From Methylotenera sp. (GTDB taxonomy: Bacteria; Pseudomonadota; Gammaproteobacteria; Burkholderiales; Methylophilaceae): 64,000 nt of DNA. A program made the translations under genes and the position numbers. Every line of letters starts with the position of its first letter. Positions within the stretch are counted from its first letter, which is position 1. Shown one piece after another: positions 17,446-28,139 of the stretch. The stretch spans positions 82,426 to 146,425 of the forward strand of contig JBGANY010000002.1 in assembly GCA_044222005.1 (NCBI GenBank), given 5' to 3'. Below the pieces are notes generated by a model that was not told where the DNA came from, ran no database searches, and was given only the letters and a program-made list of their open reading frames with translations.

Positions 17446-19473
17446 ATGTCAGTCGCACTAATGATCGCCATTGCTGCCGCAGTGTTAGCAGTGCTGTATG
17501 GCGTAGTAATGAGTAAATGGATTACCAGTTTGCCAGCAGGCAATGCGCGCATGCAGGAAATTGCCGGCGCAATTCAGCAGGGGGCAGCTGCCTACCTGGC
17601 ACGTCAATACAAGACGATTACAATGGTGGGCATTGTACTTGCGGTGTTAATCGGAATCTTCCTGAGTGTGGATACCGCAATTGGCTTCGTATTAGGTGCA
17701 TTGCTTTCAGGCGCATGCGGCTTTATCGGCATGAATGTTTCCGTAAAAGCCAACGTGCGCACTGCGCAAGCGGCTACTAATGGCATCGGCCCAGCTTTAG
17801 ACGTTGCGTTTAAGGGCGGTGCGATTACCGGCATGCTGGTGGTTGGTCTTGGCTTGCTCGGTGTGACCGGGTTCTATGCTTATCTGGGGGCAGAAAATGC
17901 AGCGAATCTTGATCCCTTGATTGGCCTGGCATTTGGCTCCTCCCTCATTTCCATCTTCGCGCGTTTAGGCGGCGGCATCTTCACCAAAGGGGCTGACGTA
18001 GGGGCCGACCTGGTAGGTAAAGTGGAAGCGGGTATTCCTGAAGACGACCCGCGCAACCCTGCAGTGATTGCCGACAACGTGGGCGATAACGTGGGCGACT
18101 GCGCAGGCATGGCAGCTGACTTGTTTGAGACTTACGCGGTAACCATAATCGCAACCATGGTATTAGGCAGCCTGATGGTGGCAGAGGCAGGCACAAACGG
18201 CGTGATCTATCCATTGCTACTCGGTGCGGTTTCGATTGTGGCTTCAATCATCGGCTGCTTCTTTGTTAAAGCGTCGCCAGGCATGAAAAACGTGATGCCT
18301 GCCCTATACAAAGGCTTGGCGGTAGCGGGCGTGTTGTCACTGATTGCATTCTACTTCGTGACACAATACCTGTTCCCTAACGGCTTTACCCATGGCGATC
18401 ATGTGATTACATCAAACGCCTTATTCGGCAGTTGCGCTGTTGGCCTTGTGCTAACCGCCGCATTGGTTTGGATTACCGAGTACTACACAGGTACGGATTA
18501 CGCCCCTGTCAAACACGTGGCACAAGCCTCCACTACTGGCCATGCCACCAACATCATTGCCGGCATTGGCGTTTCAATGAAATCGACTGCCTTGCCTGTG
18601 ATTTCAGTATGTATCGCGATTTTTGCGTCTTATCACTTAGGTGGCCTGTACGGCATCGCGATCGCTGCAACTTCCATGCTCAGCATGGCAGGCATTGTGG
18701 TGGCTTTAGATGCTTACGGCCCGATCACCGATAATGCTGGCGGTATTGCAGAAATGGCCGAGTTGTCAAGTAGCGTTCGCGACGTAACCGACCCGCTGGA
18801 TGCAGTTGGCAACACCACTAAAGCCGTGACTAAAGGCTATGCCATTGGCTCAGCAGGTTTGGCCGCATTGGTGTTATTTGCTGACTATACGCACAAACTT
18901 CAAGGTGCAGGCATTGATGTCAAATTTGATTTAAGCGACCCCATGGTGATTATTGGCCTGTTTATCGGTGGTTTGATCCCATTCCTGTTTGCCGCAATGG
19001 CGATGGAAGCGGTTGGCCGTGCTGCAGGCGCAGTAGTTGAAGAAGTGCGCCGTCAGTTCCGCGATATCAAAGGCATCATGGAAGGCACCGCCAAACCGGA
19101 ATACGGCAAGGCAGTGGACATGTTAACGACCGCTGCCATTAAAGAAATGATGATTCCATCATTACTTCCAGTCGCCGTGCCAATCGCCGTAGGTTTATTG
19201 CTCGGTCCGGTAGCGTTAGGCGGCTTGCTGATGGGTACGATTGTAACCGGCTTGTTCGTTGCAATCTCCATGTGTACCGGCGGCGGCGCGTGGGATAACG
19301 CCAAGAAATATATCGAAGACGGCAACCATGGCGGCAAAGGTTCAGATGCGCACAAAGCAGCCGTCACCGGCGACACCGTGGGCGACCCGTACAAGGACAC
19401 CGCTGGCCCAGCCGTGAACCCGTTGATCAAGATCATCAACATCGTGGCCTTGTTGATTGTGCCTTTGCTGTAA
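17446..19473 (+). CDS. hppA: Membrane-bound proton-translocating pyrophosphatase
   Basis: 675-aa polytopic protein with the motifs [19 protein letters not shown] and [15 protein letters not shown]. Confidence 0.95.
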   Translation: MSVALMIAIAAAVLAVLYGVVMSKWITSLPAGNARMQEIAGAIQQGAAAYLARQYKTITMVGIVLAVLIGIFLSVDTAIGFVLGALLSGACGFIGMNVSVKANVRTAQAATNGIGPALDVAFKGGAITGMLVVGLGLLGVTGFYAYLGAENAANLDPLIGLAFGSSLISIFARLGGGIFTKGADVGADLVGKVEAGIPEDDPRNPAVIADNVGDNVGDCAGMAADLFETYAVTIIATMVLGSLMVAEAGTNGVIYPLLLGAVSIVASIIGCFFVKASPGMKNVMPALYKGLAVAGVLSLIAFYFVTQYLFPNGFTHGDHVITSNALFGSCAVGLVLTAALVWITEYYTGTDYAPVKHVAQASTTGHATNIIAGIGVSMKSTALPVISVCIAIFASYHLGGLYGIAIAATSMLSMAGIVVALDAYGPITDNAGGIAEMAELSSSVRDVTDPLDAVGNTTKAVTKGYAIGSAGLAALVLFADYTHKLQGAGIDVKFDLSDPMVIIGLFIGGLIPFLFAAMAMEAVGRAAGAVVEEVRRQFRDIKGIMEGTAKPEYGKAVDMLTTAAIKEMMIPSLLPVAVPIAVGLLLGPVALGGLLMGTIVTGLFVAISMCTGGGAWDNAKKYIEDGNHGGKGSDAHKAAVTGDTVGDPYKDTAGPAVNPLIKIINIVALLIVPLL

Positions 19474-19487
19474 TTTGGCAACACTGA

Positions 19488-19513
19488 TAAAAAGGCGGCT
19501 TCGGCGCTTTTTT
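19488..19513 (+). terminator. Rho-independent terminator after hppA
   Basis: aaaaaggcggcttcggcgctttttt: a GC stem with a TTCG-containing loop followed by a T-run, 15 nt after the stop codon. Confidence 0.5.
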
Positions 19514-19578
19514 ATTGCCCACACGTGAGAAACGATGCTCTGGAAGCCGCATCCAGCTTACCTTCCAGGGCATGTCTT

Positions 19579-20124
19579 TTAGGCTTGATGAGGTAAAAGC
19601 AGGTCTTCGAGAAAAAATGCTGAGAGTTCAGAGCGCCCGGATACGCCGGATTTGCGGTAAATCGCACGCGCCTGGTCGCGAATGGTACGCTCGCTGGAAT
19701 TGCGCACATCGGCAATTTCCTGATGGCTGAGCCCTTTTAACATCAGCATGCCCACTTCTGCCTCTGCCCGAGTCAGTTGCCAGGTATCGAACTGTTTTTG
19801 AATCTGGGCTGCCAAACCGGCGACGAGTTCATGATTGGCCTCGCGCCATTGTTGTGCCTGTTGATTCGCCAATGCCAGATCTTGTTGAAGCAGGTTAATT
19901 CTGGATTGCGCCGTCAAATAGTAAAGCCTGCCAAAATAGGCGATGCCTGCCAGAGAAAACAATAAAATCAGCACTTCTATCAATAAATGCGTCCAGGCAA
20001 TGCCATCCTGGTAATCACCCAGCACATCCATTGAGATCAGCACAAACACGACCACACTGAACGCAATGGCCCACTGGCTGAGCTGTTTGTTATCGTTCAG
20101 GTTTTCTTCGTCAAAAATAGCCAT
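19579..20124 (-). CDS. Membrane-anchored LuxR/GerE-family transcriptional regulator
   Basis: Two predicted N-terminal TM helices, a Gln-rich coiled segment, and a C-terminal GerE HTH (LTRAEAEVGMLMLKGLSHQEIADVRNSSERTIRDQARAIYRKSGV). Confidence 0.75.
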   Translation of the reverse strand: MAIFDEENLNDNKQLSQWAIAFSVVVFVLISMDVLGDYQDGIAWTHLLIEVLILLFSLAGIAYFGRLYYLTAQSRINLLQQDLALANQQAQQWREANHELVAGLAAQIQKQFDTWQLTRAEAEVGMLMLKGLSHQEIADVRNSSERTIRDQARAIYRKSGVSGRSELSAFFLEDLLLPHQA

Positions 20125-20224
20125 AAATTCTCGTTTCTACGTCGTATGACGGATGCAACTGTTGCAAGTTTAGCGCAATATGCACATCATGGAAGCTATC
20201 CGATAATCTGAAGGGAGAATTGTC

Positions 20225-20917
20225 ATGACAAATGATAAAAGAATTGTAAACGTTTGGGATCCGCTGGTACGCATCGGGCACTGGACATTGGTGATTGCAT
20301 TTTTCACCGCCTACTTTACTGAGGATGACTTGATGGAAGTGCACAGTTGGGCCGGATACACCGTGGCTGCCATTGTGTTGATTCGCATCGTTTGGGGCTT
20401 GGTCGGCAGCAAGCATGCGCGTTTTGGCGATTTTATCTACGCGCCGAGCAAAGTATTTGCATATCTCAAAAACCTGCTGGCGCGCAAGCCGCAGCATTAC
20501 ATTGGCCACAACCCGGCTGGCGGCGCGATGGTGATTGCGTTGTTACTCAGCCTAGGCGCGACCACGTTTACCGGCATGAAACTGTATGCAGTGGAAGAAA
20601 ACGAAGGCCCGTTTGCAATCACCGCACAGCAAGCGCAGACACACACGGATAAAGCCAGCATCATCAGCACTGCCAATGCGAAGGAGGAAGAAGATAACGA
20701 TGCCGATGAGAAATCCGAAGGTGCAAAAAGCGGCCATGTGGTGGATAAGCAGGCAGAAGAATACTGGGAAGAACTGCACGAAACTTTTGTGAATTTGACC
20801 TTGCTCTTGGTGTTTCTGCACATTGGCGGCATCATTTTCTCCAGCATTGTGGACAAGGAAAAACTCGTCAAAGCCATGATTACCGGCAAAAAAGAAATTG
20901 ATGATTCCTATCAGTAA
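20225..20917 (+). CDS. Cytochrome b561 / hydrogenase-type b-cytochrome family membrane protein with an acidic loop
   Basis: The N-terminal VWDPLVRIGHWTLV motif with conserved His residues in the TM helices fits the family. There is a Glu/Asp-rich loop of about 60 aa between helices. Confidence 0.7.
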   Translation: MTNDKRIVNVWDPLVRIGHWTLVIAFFTAYFTEDDLMEVHSWAGYTVAAIVLIRIVWGLVGSKHARFGDFIYAPSKVFAYLKNLLARKPQHYIGHNPAGGAMVIALLLSLGATTFTGMKLYAVEENEGPFAITAQQAQTHTDKASIISTANAKEEEDNDADEKSEGAKSGHVVDKQAEEYWEELHETFVNLTLLLVFLHIGGIIFSSIVDKEKLVKAMITGKKEIDDSYQ

Positions 20918-20959
20918 TCGCGCGGTTATAATGCTTAAAATTACCGACAAGGACGCATC

Positions 20960-21652
20960 TTGAGACACTTCGAGTTTCACCGCTCACACCGCATCGGCTG
21001 GCTACGCGCTGCGGTGCTGGGCGCCAACGATGGCATTGTTTCCACCGCAAGTTTGCTGATTGGCGTAGCTTCTGCCGGCGCCAGCCAGCAAACGCTTATC
21101 ATCACCGGCCTGGCGGGCCTGGTCTCCGGCGCCATGTCGATGGCGGCGGGAGAATATGTCTCCGTCAGCTCACAAGCCGATACTGAAACGGCCGACATCA
21201 CCCGCGAGACCGAAGAGCTCGCAACCCAGCCGGAACACGAGCTGGACGAACTGACAGGCATCTATGTCAAACGCGGCCTGACGCCAGAACTCGCGCGCCA
21301 AGTCGCGATCCAGTTCACCGAGCACGATGCTTTGGGCGCGCACGCACGCGATGAACTGGGCATCAGCGAAATCATCAGCGCTCGCCCGGTGCAGGCCGCA
21401 TTGGCCTCTGCCGCCACATTTGCGGTGGGCGCCGCATTGCCACTATTGGCGGCCTGGTTCGCCCCCCATGACAATGTGATTTATTACATCGCGGCAACTT
21501 CACTCGTCTTTCTGGCCGCGCTTGGCGGGCTGGCTGCCAACGCAGGCGGGGCAAAACTCGTGCAAGGCGCCTGGCGCGTCACGTTCTGGGGCGTGCTTGC
21601 TATGGCGGCCACAGCGGCTGTCGGGCACTTGTTTGGCGTGGCGGTGGGTTAA
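20960..21652 (+). CDS. VIT1/CCC1-family iron/manganese transporter
   Basis: LRAAVLGANDGIVSTASLLIGVA and MAAGEYVSVSSQ motifs. TTG start in the ORF track. Confidence 0.85.
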   Translation: MRHFEFHRSHRIGWLRAAVLGANDGIVSTASLLIGVASAGASQQTLIITGLAGLVSGAMSMAAGEYVSVSSQADTETADITRETEELATQPEHELDELTGIYVKRGLTPELARQVAIQFTEHDALGAHARDELGISEIISARPVQAALASAATFAVGAALPLLAAWFAPHDNVIYYIAATSLVFLAALGGLAANAGGAKLVQGAWRVTFWGVLAMAATAAVGHLFGVAVG

Positions 21653-21757
21653 GGTTAAAGCTTACCTGCGCGCGCGTTCATTGACAAAATTATCAGCCTG
21701 CGAGGCAAGCTGGATGCGGCTCCCAAGCCGATTGCCTGCATAATGAAAACAGGCAAT

Positions 21758-21787
21758 AAAAAAGCCCTGGATGTCCAAGGCTTTTTT
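21758..21787. terminator. Bidirectional rho-independent terminator between VIT1 and ppa
   Basis: aaaaaagccctggatgtccaaggctttttt: the stem has one mismatch and is flanked by an A-run and a T-run, between convergent genes. Confidence 0.5.
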
Positions 21788-21802
21788 GTGCGAAAAACTG
21801 TA

Positions 21803-22351
21803 TTAGAACGCCGGTTTTACTTCCGCCTCGTTGTAACGTTTTACGCCTTCTATGATTTCGCCGTGCGCTTCTTCAATGCCCACCCAGCCCTCGATTTTTA
21901 CCCATTTACCTTTGTCGAGGTCTTTATAATGCTCAAAAAAGTGGGCAATCATTTCCAAGCGCCAAGGTGAAACATCTTTATAGGTTTTTTGGTACGCATA
22001 TAGCCCGCATACCTTTTCAACTGGCACTGCCAACAGTTTTGCGTCACCGCCCGCTTCATCGGTCATTTGCAGCATTCCTAGCGCACGGCAACGCACGACC
22101 ACGCCCGGCAGCAGTGGCACCGGAGTAATCACCAGCACATCCACCGGATCACCATCATCAGCCAAGGTATGGGGAATATAGCCATAATTACATGGATACT
22201 GCATCGAAGTTCCCATAAAGCGGTCAACGAAGATCGCACCGCTTTCTTTATCCACCTCGTATTTAACAGGGTCGCCCTGCATCGGGATTTCGATAATCAC
22301 ATTAAAGTCATGCGGAAGGTTTTTGCCGGATGGCACTAAGTTTAACGACAT
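21803..22351 (-). CDS. ppa: Inorganic pyrophosphatase
   Basis: 182 aa, family I PPase sequence ([16 protein letters not shown]). Confidence 0.95.
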   Translation of the reverse strand: MSLNLVPSGKNLPHDFNVIIEIPMQGDPVKYEVDKESGAIFVDRFMGTSMQYPCNYGYIPHTLADDGDPVDVLVITPVPLLPGVVVRCRALGMLQMTDEAGGDAKLLAVPVEKVCGLYAYQKTYKDVSPWRLEMIAHFFEHYKDLDKGKWVKIEGWVGIEEAHGEIIEGVKRYNEAEVKPAF

Positions 22352-22440
22352 ATTAAATAAAGCCTATTGATTAGAATAACTCGTATTATAAGTGAAAATT
22401 GTTTCTACTTTATTGCATGGAACCAAAATTGATTCTGACT

Positions 22441-23070
22441 TTAGCGCCTGGTCAGGCGTTTCCAGCCTTGATTTACAAGAAACACGGTCATAACGATTGC
22501 TAGCCCAAGCAGCGCTATAGTTCCAAGATGTTTCTGAACAATCGGAATATTGCCGAAAAAATAACCTGCCAGCACACAAACAAGCACCCAGATTACCGCC
22601 CCTATAGAAACAGAACGCGTGAATTTTACAAGCTGCATCTGGGTAACACCGGCAAGAAATGGTGCCAGTGTGCGTATCACGGGCAGAAACGGGGAGAATA
22701 AGAATCCTATCTCCCCATATTTTTCGTAAAAAAGGTGGGTTTTGTCCAGAGCCTCTTGTTTAGGCCATTTCAAGACCTCCACAAAGAATTTTTTACCCAC
22801 CGCCTTGCCCAGCCAATAACTAAGCAGGCTGCCTAATATGGCCGCCGCAATAAGGCTGGGCAACAGTAGCTTTAAGCTAAGTTCGCCTGCAGCGCAGAAC
22901 GCGCCGCATACAAACAAGAATGGATTTCCTGGCAGAAAAAATAAAGGAATAACGCCGATTTCCAGAAACACCACCAGGAATAAAAACAGATACACAAGGT
23001 TTGCATGCATGGCAATCAGCACGTGCAGTTGCTGATCAAAATTTAATATCATCTGCCAGACATGCATCAT
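22441..23070 (-). CDS. DedA-family membrane protein
   Basis: 209 aa, with a DedA/SNARE-associated pattern (FLEIGVIPLFFLPG ... RTLAPFLAG). Confidence 0.85.
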   Translation of the reverse strand: MMHVWQMILNFDQQLHVLIAMHANLVYLFLFLVVFLEIGVIPLFFLPGNPFLFVCGAFCAAGELSLKLLLPSLIAAAILGSLLSYWLGKAVGKKFFVEVLKWPKQEALDKTHLFYEKYGEIGFLFSPFLPVIRTLAPFLAGVTQMQLVKFTRSVSIGAVIWVLVCVLAGYFFGNIPIVQKHLGTIALLGLAIVMTVFLVNQGWKRLTRR

Positions 23071-23339
23071 GTACGCTCGCTTTTACATTCAGCGATAATG
23101 TCCGCTGGCGTTAGTCTCAAGGCAAAATAAATCAACATGGGAATAACAATCACATCATCCAGCTGGCCGATGACTGGTAAAAAATCAGGAATTAAATCAA
23201 ACGGCATCAGCAGGTAACTAACAGCCAGCCATAGCGAAATTTTAGCGAGAACAGGCGTTCGCGGATGCTTTTGCAGGCGCCGATAAAAATCAAACTCTGC
23301 CTTAAGTTTTGCTGCAATCTCTTTGAGCTTTTCTCTCAC
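23067..23339 (-). CDS. DUF1232 (YkvA-like) membrane protein
   Basis: 90 aa. The LLMPFDLIPDFLPVIGQLDD motif is typical of DUF1232. Confidence 0.7.
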   Translation of the reverse strand: MREKLKEIAAKLKAEFDFYRRLQKHPRTPVLAKISLWLAVSYLLMPFDLIPDFLPVIGQLDDVIVIPMLIYFALRLTPADIIAECKSERT

Positions 23340-23344
23340 GTCAG

Positions 23345-24256
23345 TCAGGCTTGCAAACGTTTTCCGGTTAATTTTTCAAACGCTTCCAGGTACTTTTCCG
23401 AGGTGCGTTTTGCAATGTCGTCCGGTAACGCCGGAGCGGGCGGTGTTTTGTTCCATCCAACAGATTCCAGCCAATCGCGCACATACTGCTTATCATAACT
23501 GGGTGGGTTACTGCCCACTTTATAACTGTCAAGCGGCCAGAAGCGTGAAGAATCTGGCGTGAGCACTTCGTCCATCACATGCAGCACACCATTATTATCC
23601 AGGCCAAATTCAAACTTGGTATCCGCAATAATAATGCCTTTTGAGAGCGCATATTCGGCGGCTTCGGAATAAAGCTGGATAGCGACTTTTGACACCTTCT
23701 CAGCCATGTCCCGGCCAATCAAATCTGCACATTGCTGCAAGCTGATGTTTTCATCATGCTCGCCTACTGCGGCCTTGCTGGAGGGTGTAAAAATAGGCTG
23801 CGGCAGCTTCGATGCCTCCTGCAGACCTGCTGGCAATGCAATACCGCACACAGTGCCTTTAGCTTTGTATTCCTTCCAGCCGCTACCCACTAAGTAGCCG
23901 CGTACAATCGCCTCAATAGGCAAGGGCTTGAGCTTTTTTACCACCACGGCGCGGCTTAAACCTCCAGTACCTAGCTGAGCTTTTTCTGCTGCATCGCTCA
24001 CCACCGAGTTAGGGTCGATACCTGTCAAGTGATTCGGTACGACATGCTTGAGCTTTTCAAACCAAAAGTTAGCCATTTGCGTGAGCATTGCGCCTTTATT
24101 GGCAATACCGGTGGGTAAAATCACATCAAATGCCGAGAGCCTGTCGGTACTTACCAGCAACATGGTATTTTCATTTATGTCGTAAATATCACGCACCTTG
24201 CCTTGATGAATACGTTTCAGGCTTTTGATGGTTGTTGCTAACAAAGGTGTATTCAT
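23345..24256 (-). CDS. purC: Phosphoribosylaminoimidazole-succinocarboxamide (SAICAR) synthase
   Basis: Long-form PurC (GKVRDIYD ... ADTKFEFG). I prefer the ATG at 24256 (MNTPLL...) over the ORF-track start at 24301. Confidence 0.93.
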   Translation of the reverse strand: MNTPLLATTIKSLKRIHQGKVRDIYDINENTMLLVSTDRLSAFDVILPTGIANKGAMLTQMANFWFEKLKHVVPNHLTGIDPNSVVSDAAEKAQLGTGGLSRAVVVKKLKPLPIEAIVRGYLVGSGWKEYKAKGTVCGIALPAGLQEASKLPQPIFTPSSKAAVGEHDENISLQQCADLIGRDMAEKVSKVAIQLYSEAAEYALSKGIIIADTKFEFGLDNNGVLHVMDEVLTPDSSRFWPLDSYKVGSNPPSYDKQYVRDWLESVGWNKTPPAPALPDDIAKRTSEKYLEAFEKLTGKRLQA

Positions 24257-24333
24257 GAGCTTGCTTACATGTAAAAGATCAAACGACATTATAAATTGCA
24301 CATGGATTTCAAGCTAACTTTCATTGCATTCAT

Positions 24334-25764
24334 TTATTTATGATCGCTAATCTTGATAATTTTAAGTGTATTCGTACCGCCAGGGCTTCCAATCGGCTCG
24401 CCGAATGTCAGAATGACCAAATCCCCGGGATTTACCACTTTCTGCTGCAATAACACCTGTTCCATTTCATGCAGGATTTCATCCCTGTTTTTATTTTCCT
24501 GCAGGATGGGGTAAGGATAAACGCCACGATGCAGCGTTAACTTTCTGCGTGCTATTTTTTCAGGCGACAATGCATAGATAGGCACTTCGGTATCCGCGCG
24601 CGACAACCACTGCGCCGCATTGCCGGACTGAGTCAGCGCAGCAATCGCCTTGATTTTCAGGTGCTGGGCAGTATAAATTGCCGCAGCGGCAATGGCTTCA
24701 TCCGTTTGTTTTAGTTGGTGTGTTCTTCGATGTGCATGTTGCAAACCTTCATATTCTTTCTCTGCCTCCATACATACCCGGTGCACGGCCTGCACGGTTT
24801 CGAGTGGATACTGCCCACTTGCGGTTTCGGCTGACAGCATCACCGCATCCGTGCCATCCAATACCGCATTTGCCACATCCGAAACTTCTGCACGTGTCGG
24901 AATAGGGCTCGAAATCATCGACTCCATCATTTGCGTTGCCGTAATCACCAATTTGTTTTGCGCGCGCGCCATGCGTATCATGCGCTTTTGCAGCCCCGGC
25001 ACAGCAGCGTCGCCTACCTCAACCCCCAGGTCGCCGCGCGCCACCATGATAGCATCGGAGGCCTCAATAATATCTTCCAGGTGATCAATCGCTTCGGCGC
25101 GCTCGATTTTGGCAATGATGCTTGCCGTTCCGCCTGCTTTTCTAACCAGAGTACGCGCCAGCTCAACATCCAATGCCGATTTAGGAAACGAAATCGCGAC
25201 ATAGTCCGCCTCTAGCGCTACAGCGGTTTTGATATCCGCGCGGTCTTTTTTGGTCAGCGCATCTGCCGCCAGCCCTCCGCCTTGTAAATTAATGCCCTTG
25301 TTGTTGGACAAAACACCGCCTGTAAGCACGACGCAGTGAATCTGGTTGCCTTTAATGCGATCAATTGACATGGTGATGCGGCCATCATCCAGCAGCAGCA
25401 AGTTACCTTCGCTAACTTCCAGAGGCAGATTTTTATAATCCAGGCCTACTTTAAACTGGTCGCCAAGCTCGCAATCAGCATCCAGCACAAACAAATCGCC
25501 CATTTTAAGAGTGATTTTGCCTTGCTCGAACTTGCCGATGCGAATTTTTGGACCTTGCAGGTCACACAGCACGCCAATCGGGCGATTCAGTTTTGCAGCG
25601 ATCTGCCGCACAATTTCCGCGCGTTTGATATGGTCTTCGGCTGTTCCGTGCGAAAAATTTAAACGCACCACATTCACACCCGCCATAATCAAGCGCGCAA
25701 TCATCTCCTCGCTACTCGAAGCTGGGCCTAGTGTTGCAACAATTTTTGTTTTTCGTAATATCAA
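24334..25764 (-). CDS. pyk: Pyruvate kinase
   Basis: RKTKIVATLGPAS and MVARGDLGVE motifs. 476 aa. Apparent TTG start. Confidence 0.95.
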   Translation of the reverse strand: MILRKTKIVATLGPASSSEEMIARLIMAGVNVVRLNFSHGTAEDHIKRAEIVRQIAAKLNRPIGVLCDLQGPKIRIGKFEQGKITLKMGDLFVLDADCELGDQFKVGLDYKNLPLEVSEGNLLLLDDGRITMSIDRIKGNQIHCVVLTGGVLSNNKGINLQGGGLAADALTKKDRADIKTAVALEADYVAISFPKSALDVELARTLVRKAGGTASIIAKIERAEAIDHLEDIIEASDAIMVARGDLGVEVGDAAVPGLQKRMIRMARAQNKLVITATQMMESMISSPIPTRAEVSDVANAVLDGTDAVMLSAETASGQYPLETVQAVHRVCMEAEKEYEGLQHAHRRTHQLKQTDEAIAAAAIYTAQHLKIKAIAALTQSGNAAQWLSRADTEVPIYALSPEKIARRKLTLHRGVYPYPILQENKNRDEILHEMEQVLLQQKVVNPGDLVILTFGEPIGSPGGTNTLKIIKISDHK

Positions 25765-25802
25765 ACTTTTACCTTTTTTTTACTAAATATTAAAATGAAA
25801 AT

Positions 25803-25819
25803 AGGGGCTCAACGCCCCC
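25803..25819 (-). terminator. Possible terminator downstream of pgk
   Basis: The minus strand reads gggggcgttgagcccc followed by tattttcatttt. The stem is short. Confidence 0.4.
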
Positions 25820-25844
25820 ATTTTATTCATGCTGACCCAAGAGG

Positions 25845-27026
25845 CTAACTGCTCGCACGTTGCTCCAGAATTTCTACCGCAGGCAAAATCTTGCCTTCCA
25901 AGAATTCTAAAAATGCACCGCCTGCGGTAGAAATGTAGCTTACCTTATCGTAAATGCCGTATTTCTGTATCGCCGCGATTGTGTCACCGCCGCCCGCAAG
26001 TGTAAATGCTTTTGTTTGAGCGATTGCATTGGCAATAGTTTTAGTGCCTTCTCCAAACTGATCAAATTCAAACACACCCACGGGTCCATTCCAAACCACC
26101 GTGCCAGCATTATTGATAATCTCTACCAATTCATTAGCAGATTTCGCGCCAATGTCAAAAATCATATCGTCCGCCGTTACAGAAGTCACGTCTTTCTTCA
26201 CTGCCGGCTCATTGGCATCGAATTTCTTGCCGCAAACCACATCCACAGCAATCGGCACGGCTGCACCACGCTGGCTCATTTTTTCCATCAGCGCCTTAGC
26301 TGTGGGCACCAAATCATGCTCACAAAGCGATTTACCGACCTCATGGCCTGCCGCTTGGAGGAAAGTATTGGCGATACCGCCGCCCACCACCAGCTGGTCG
26401 ACCTTTTCTGACAGGCTTTCCAATACCGTCAATTTGGTTGAGACTTTACTGCCGCCCACGATCGCCACCATCGGACGCGCAGGGTTTAATAAGGCTTTGG
26501 TTAAAGCGTCCAATTCCTCGGTGAGCAAAATGCCAGCGCACGCCACCGGTGCGAATTTGGCAATACCATGCGTGCTGGCCTCTGCACGATGCGCAGTGCC
26601 AAACGCATCCATCACAAACACGTCACACAACTTGGCATAAGCCTGTGCGGTTTCATCCTTGTTTTTTTTCTCGCCCACATTAAAGCGGCAATTCTCCAGA
26701 AGCACCATTTCGCCATTGGCAACTTCGAATCCACCGGACATCCAGTCCTTGATTAAGCGTACAGGCTTAGCCAATTTGGCGGCAATCACGTCCGCAACAG
26801 GTTTTAACGAGTTCTCTTCTGAATAAACACCTTCTTCAGGACGCCCCAGATGCGAAGTCACCATTACCTTAGCGCCCTGCTTCAGTGCGTACTCAATCGT
26901 CGGCATTGAAGCCGTGATACGCGCATCCGATGTCACTTTGCCATCAGCCACAGGCACGTTTAAGTCGGCGCGAATAAAGACGCGCTTGCCTGCTAAATTC
27001 ATATCCGTCATTTTAAGAAACTTCAT
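25845..27026 (-). CDS. pgk: Phosphoglycerate kinase
   Basis: Motifs [19 protein letters not shown] and STGGGA-like STAGGAFLE. Confidence 0.97.
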   Translation of the reverse strand: MKFLKMTDMNLAGKRVFIRADLNVPVADGKVTSDARITASMPTIEYALKQGAKVMVTSHLGRPEEGVYSEENSLKPVADVIAAKLAKPVRLIKDWMSGGFEVANGEMVLLENCRFNVGEKKNKDETAQAYAKLCDVFVMDAFGTAHRAEASTHGIAKFAPVACAGILLTEELDALTKALLNPARPMVAIVGGSKVSTKLTVLESLSEKVDQLVVGGGIANTFLQAAGHEVGKSLCEHDLVPTAKALMEKMSQRGAAVPIAVDVVCGKKFDANEPAVKKDVTSVTADDMIFDIGAKSANELVEIINNAGTVVWNGPVGVFEFDQFGEGTKTIANAIAQTKAFTLAGGGDTIAAIQKYGIYDKVSYISTAGGAFLEFLEGKILPAVEILEQRASS

Positions 27027-27035
27027 GCTAATCCC

Positions 27036-28040
27036 CTATTTTGCGATGTGCTGTACTAGACGCATCAAGTTACATGTATATCCATATTCATTGTCATACC
27101 AGCCAACCACCTTAACAAAGGTTGGGTCAAGCATGATACCTGCGTCTTGATCGAATACTCCAGCCGCAGGGCTGCTACGAAAATCGGTAGATACCACTTT
27201 TTCGTCCGTATAGTCCAGCACACCCTTCAATTCACCTTCGGATGCCTTTTTCATAGCTTCGCAAATCGCTTCGTAAGTCGTTTCTTTGTTGAGCTCTACG
27301 GTCAAGTCCACCACTGACACGTCTGCAGAGGGCACACGCAATGCCATGCCTGTGAGTTTTTTGTTGAGAGAGGGAATCACTTTGCCCACGGCCTTGGCTG
27401 CACCGGTGCTGGAAGGAATAATGTTCTCGAATACGCTACGACCGCCGCGCCAGTCTTTCTTGGAGGGGCCATCTACTGTCAGCTGAGAAGCTGTTGCCGC
27501 ATGTACGGTTGTCATCAAACCACGCTTGATGCCAAAATTATCGTGTAACACTTTTGCCAATGGCGCCAGACCGTTGGTGGTGCAGGAAGCGGCCGAAACA
27601 ATCGCCTCACCTTTGTATTCTTTGTGGTTTACGCCATATACAAACATCGGCGTATCATCTTTTCCTGGAGCCGATTGCACCACTTTTTTCGCCCCATTGT
27701 TGATATGCGGCTGGCAGGTATCCAGCGTTAGGAATGCGCCCGTAGATTCAACCACGATGTCTGCACCGCCAGCTTTCCAATCAATGTTGTTTGGGTCACG
27801 CTCCGCTGTGAGACGGATTTTCTTGCCATTGACCACCAGACTGCCATTATCGGCTTCCAGCTTGGCATCAAAACGTCCGTGTACAGAATCATATCTCAGC
27901 AAATAGATGATATATTCAATATCGTAAGAGCTGTTGATTGCAACAACTTCAATATCGTTAAATTCACGCTCTTGCACCGCCGCACGCAATACCATACGGC
28001 CGATACGCCCAAAGCCATTAATTCCCACTCGAACTGTCAT
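27036..28040 (-). CDS. gap: Glyceraldehyde-3-phosphate dehydrogenase
   Basis: INGFGRIGR and active-site SCTTN motifs. 334 aa. Confidence 0.97.
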   Translation of the reverse strand: MTVRVGINGFGRIGRMVLRAAVQEREFNDIEVVAINSSYDIEYIIYLLRYDSVHGRFDAKLEADNGSLVVNGKKIRLTAERDPNNIDWKAGGADIVVESTGAFLTLDTCQPHINNGAKKVVQSAPGKDDTPMFVYGVNHKEYKGEAIVSAASCTTNGLAPLAKVLHDNFGIKRGLMTTVHAATASQLTVDGPSKKDWRGGRSVFENIIPSSTGAAKAVGKVIPSLNKKLTGMALRVPSADVSVVDLTVELNKETTYEAICEAMKKASEGELKGVLDYTDEKVVSTDFRSSPAAGVFDQDAGIMLDPTFVKVVGWYDNEYGYTCNLMRLVQHIAK

Positions 28041-28091
28041 GATAACCCCTTAAAAGACACCATAATTGACTGCTAATTTAGTTTTACAAAT

Positions 28092-28119
28092 AAAAAGAGC
28101 CTCTTATGGAGGCTCTTTT
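28092..28119. terminator. Hairpin terminator between tkt and gap
   Basis: aaaagagcctc-ttatg-gaggctctttt: a perfect 11-bp stem flanked by A and T runs. Confidence 0.55.
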
Positions 28120-28139
28120 ATTACAACGCTACTCGATAA

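Noticed and set aside
21653-21757. Possible fourth, degenerate copy of the intergenic hairpin repeat after the VIT1 gene. It shares gtcaatg and gcgcgcgc blocks with copy A and has a local hairpin, attgcctg...caggcaat.
   Set aside because: Only two short blocks match. There are no comparable terminal inverted repeats or GGGG apex, so the similarity could be chance. It needs a genome-wide profile search before being called.
24302-24333. The tkt-gap-pgk-pyk block is followed directly by purC with only a 32-bp spacer and no fructose-bisphosphate aldolase gene. I recall fba sitting between pyk and purC in several betaproteobacteria.
   Set aside because: Whether the gene is absent from the genome cannot be judged from a 64-kb window, and my recollection of the synteny cannot be verified here. 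It is noted only as a point to check against the whole genome.
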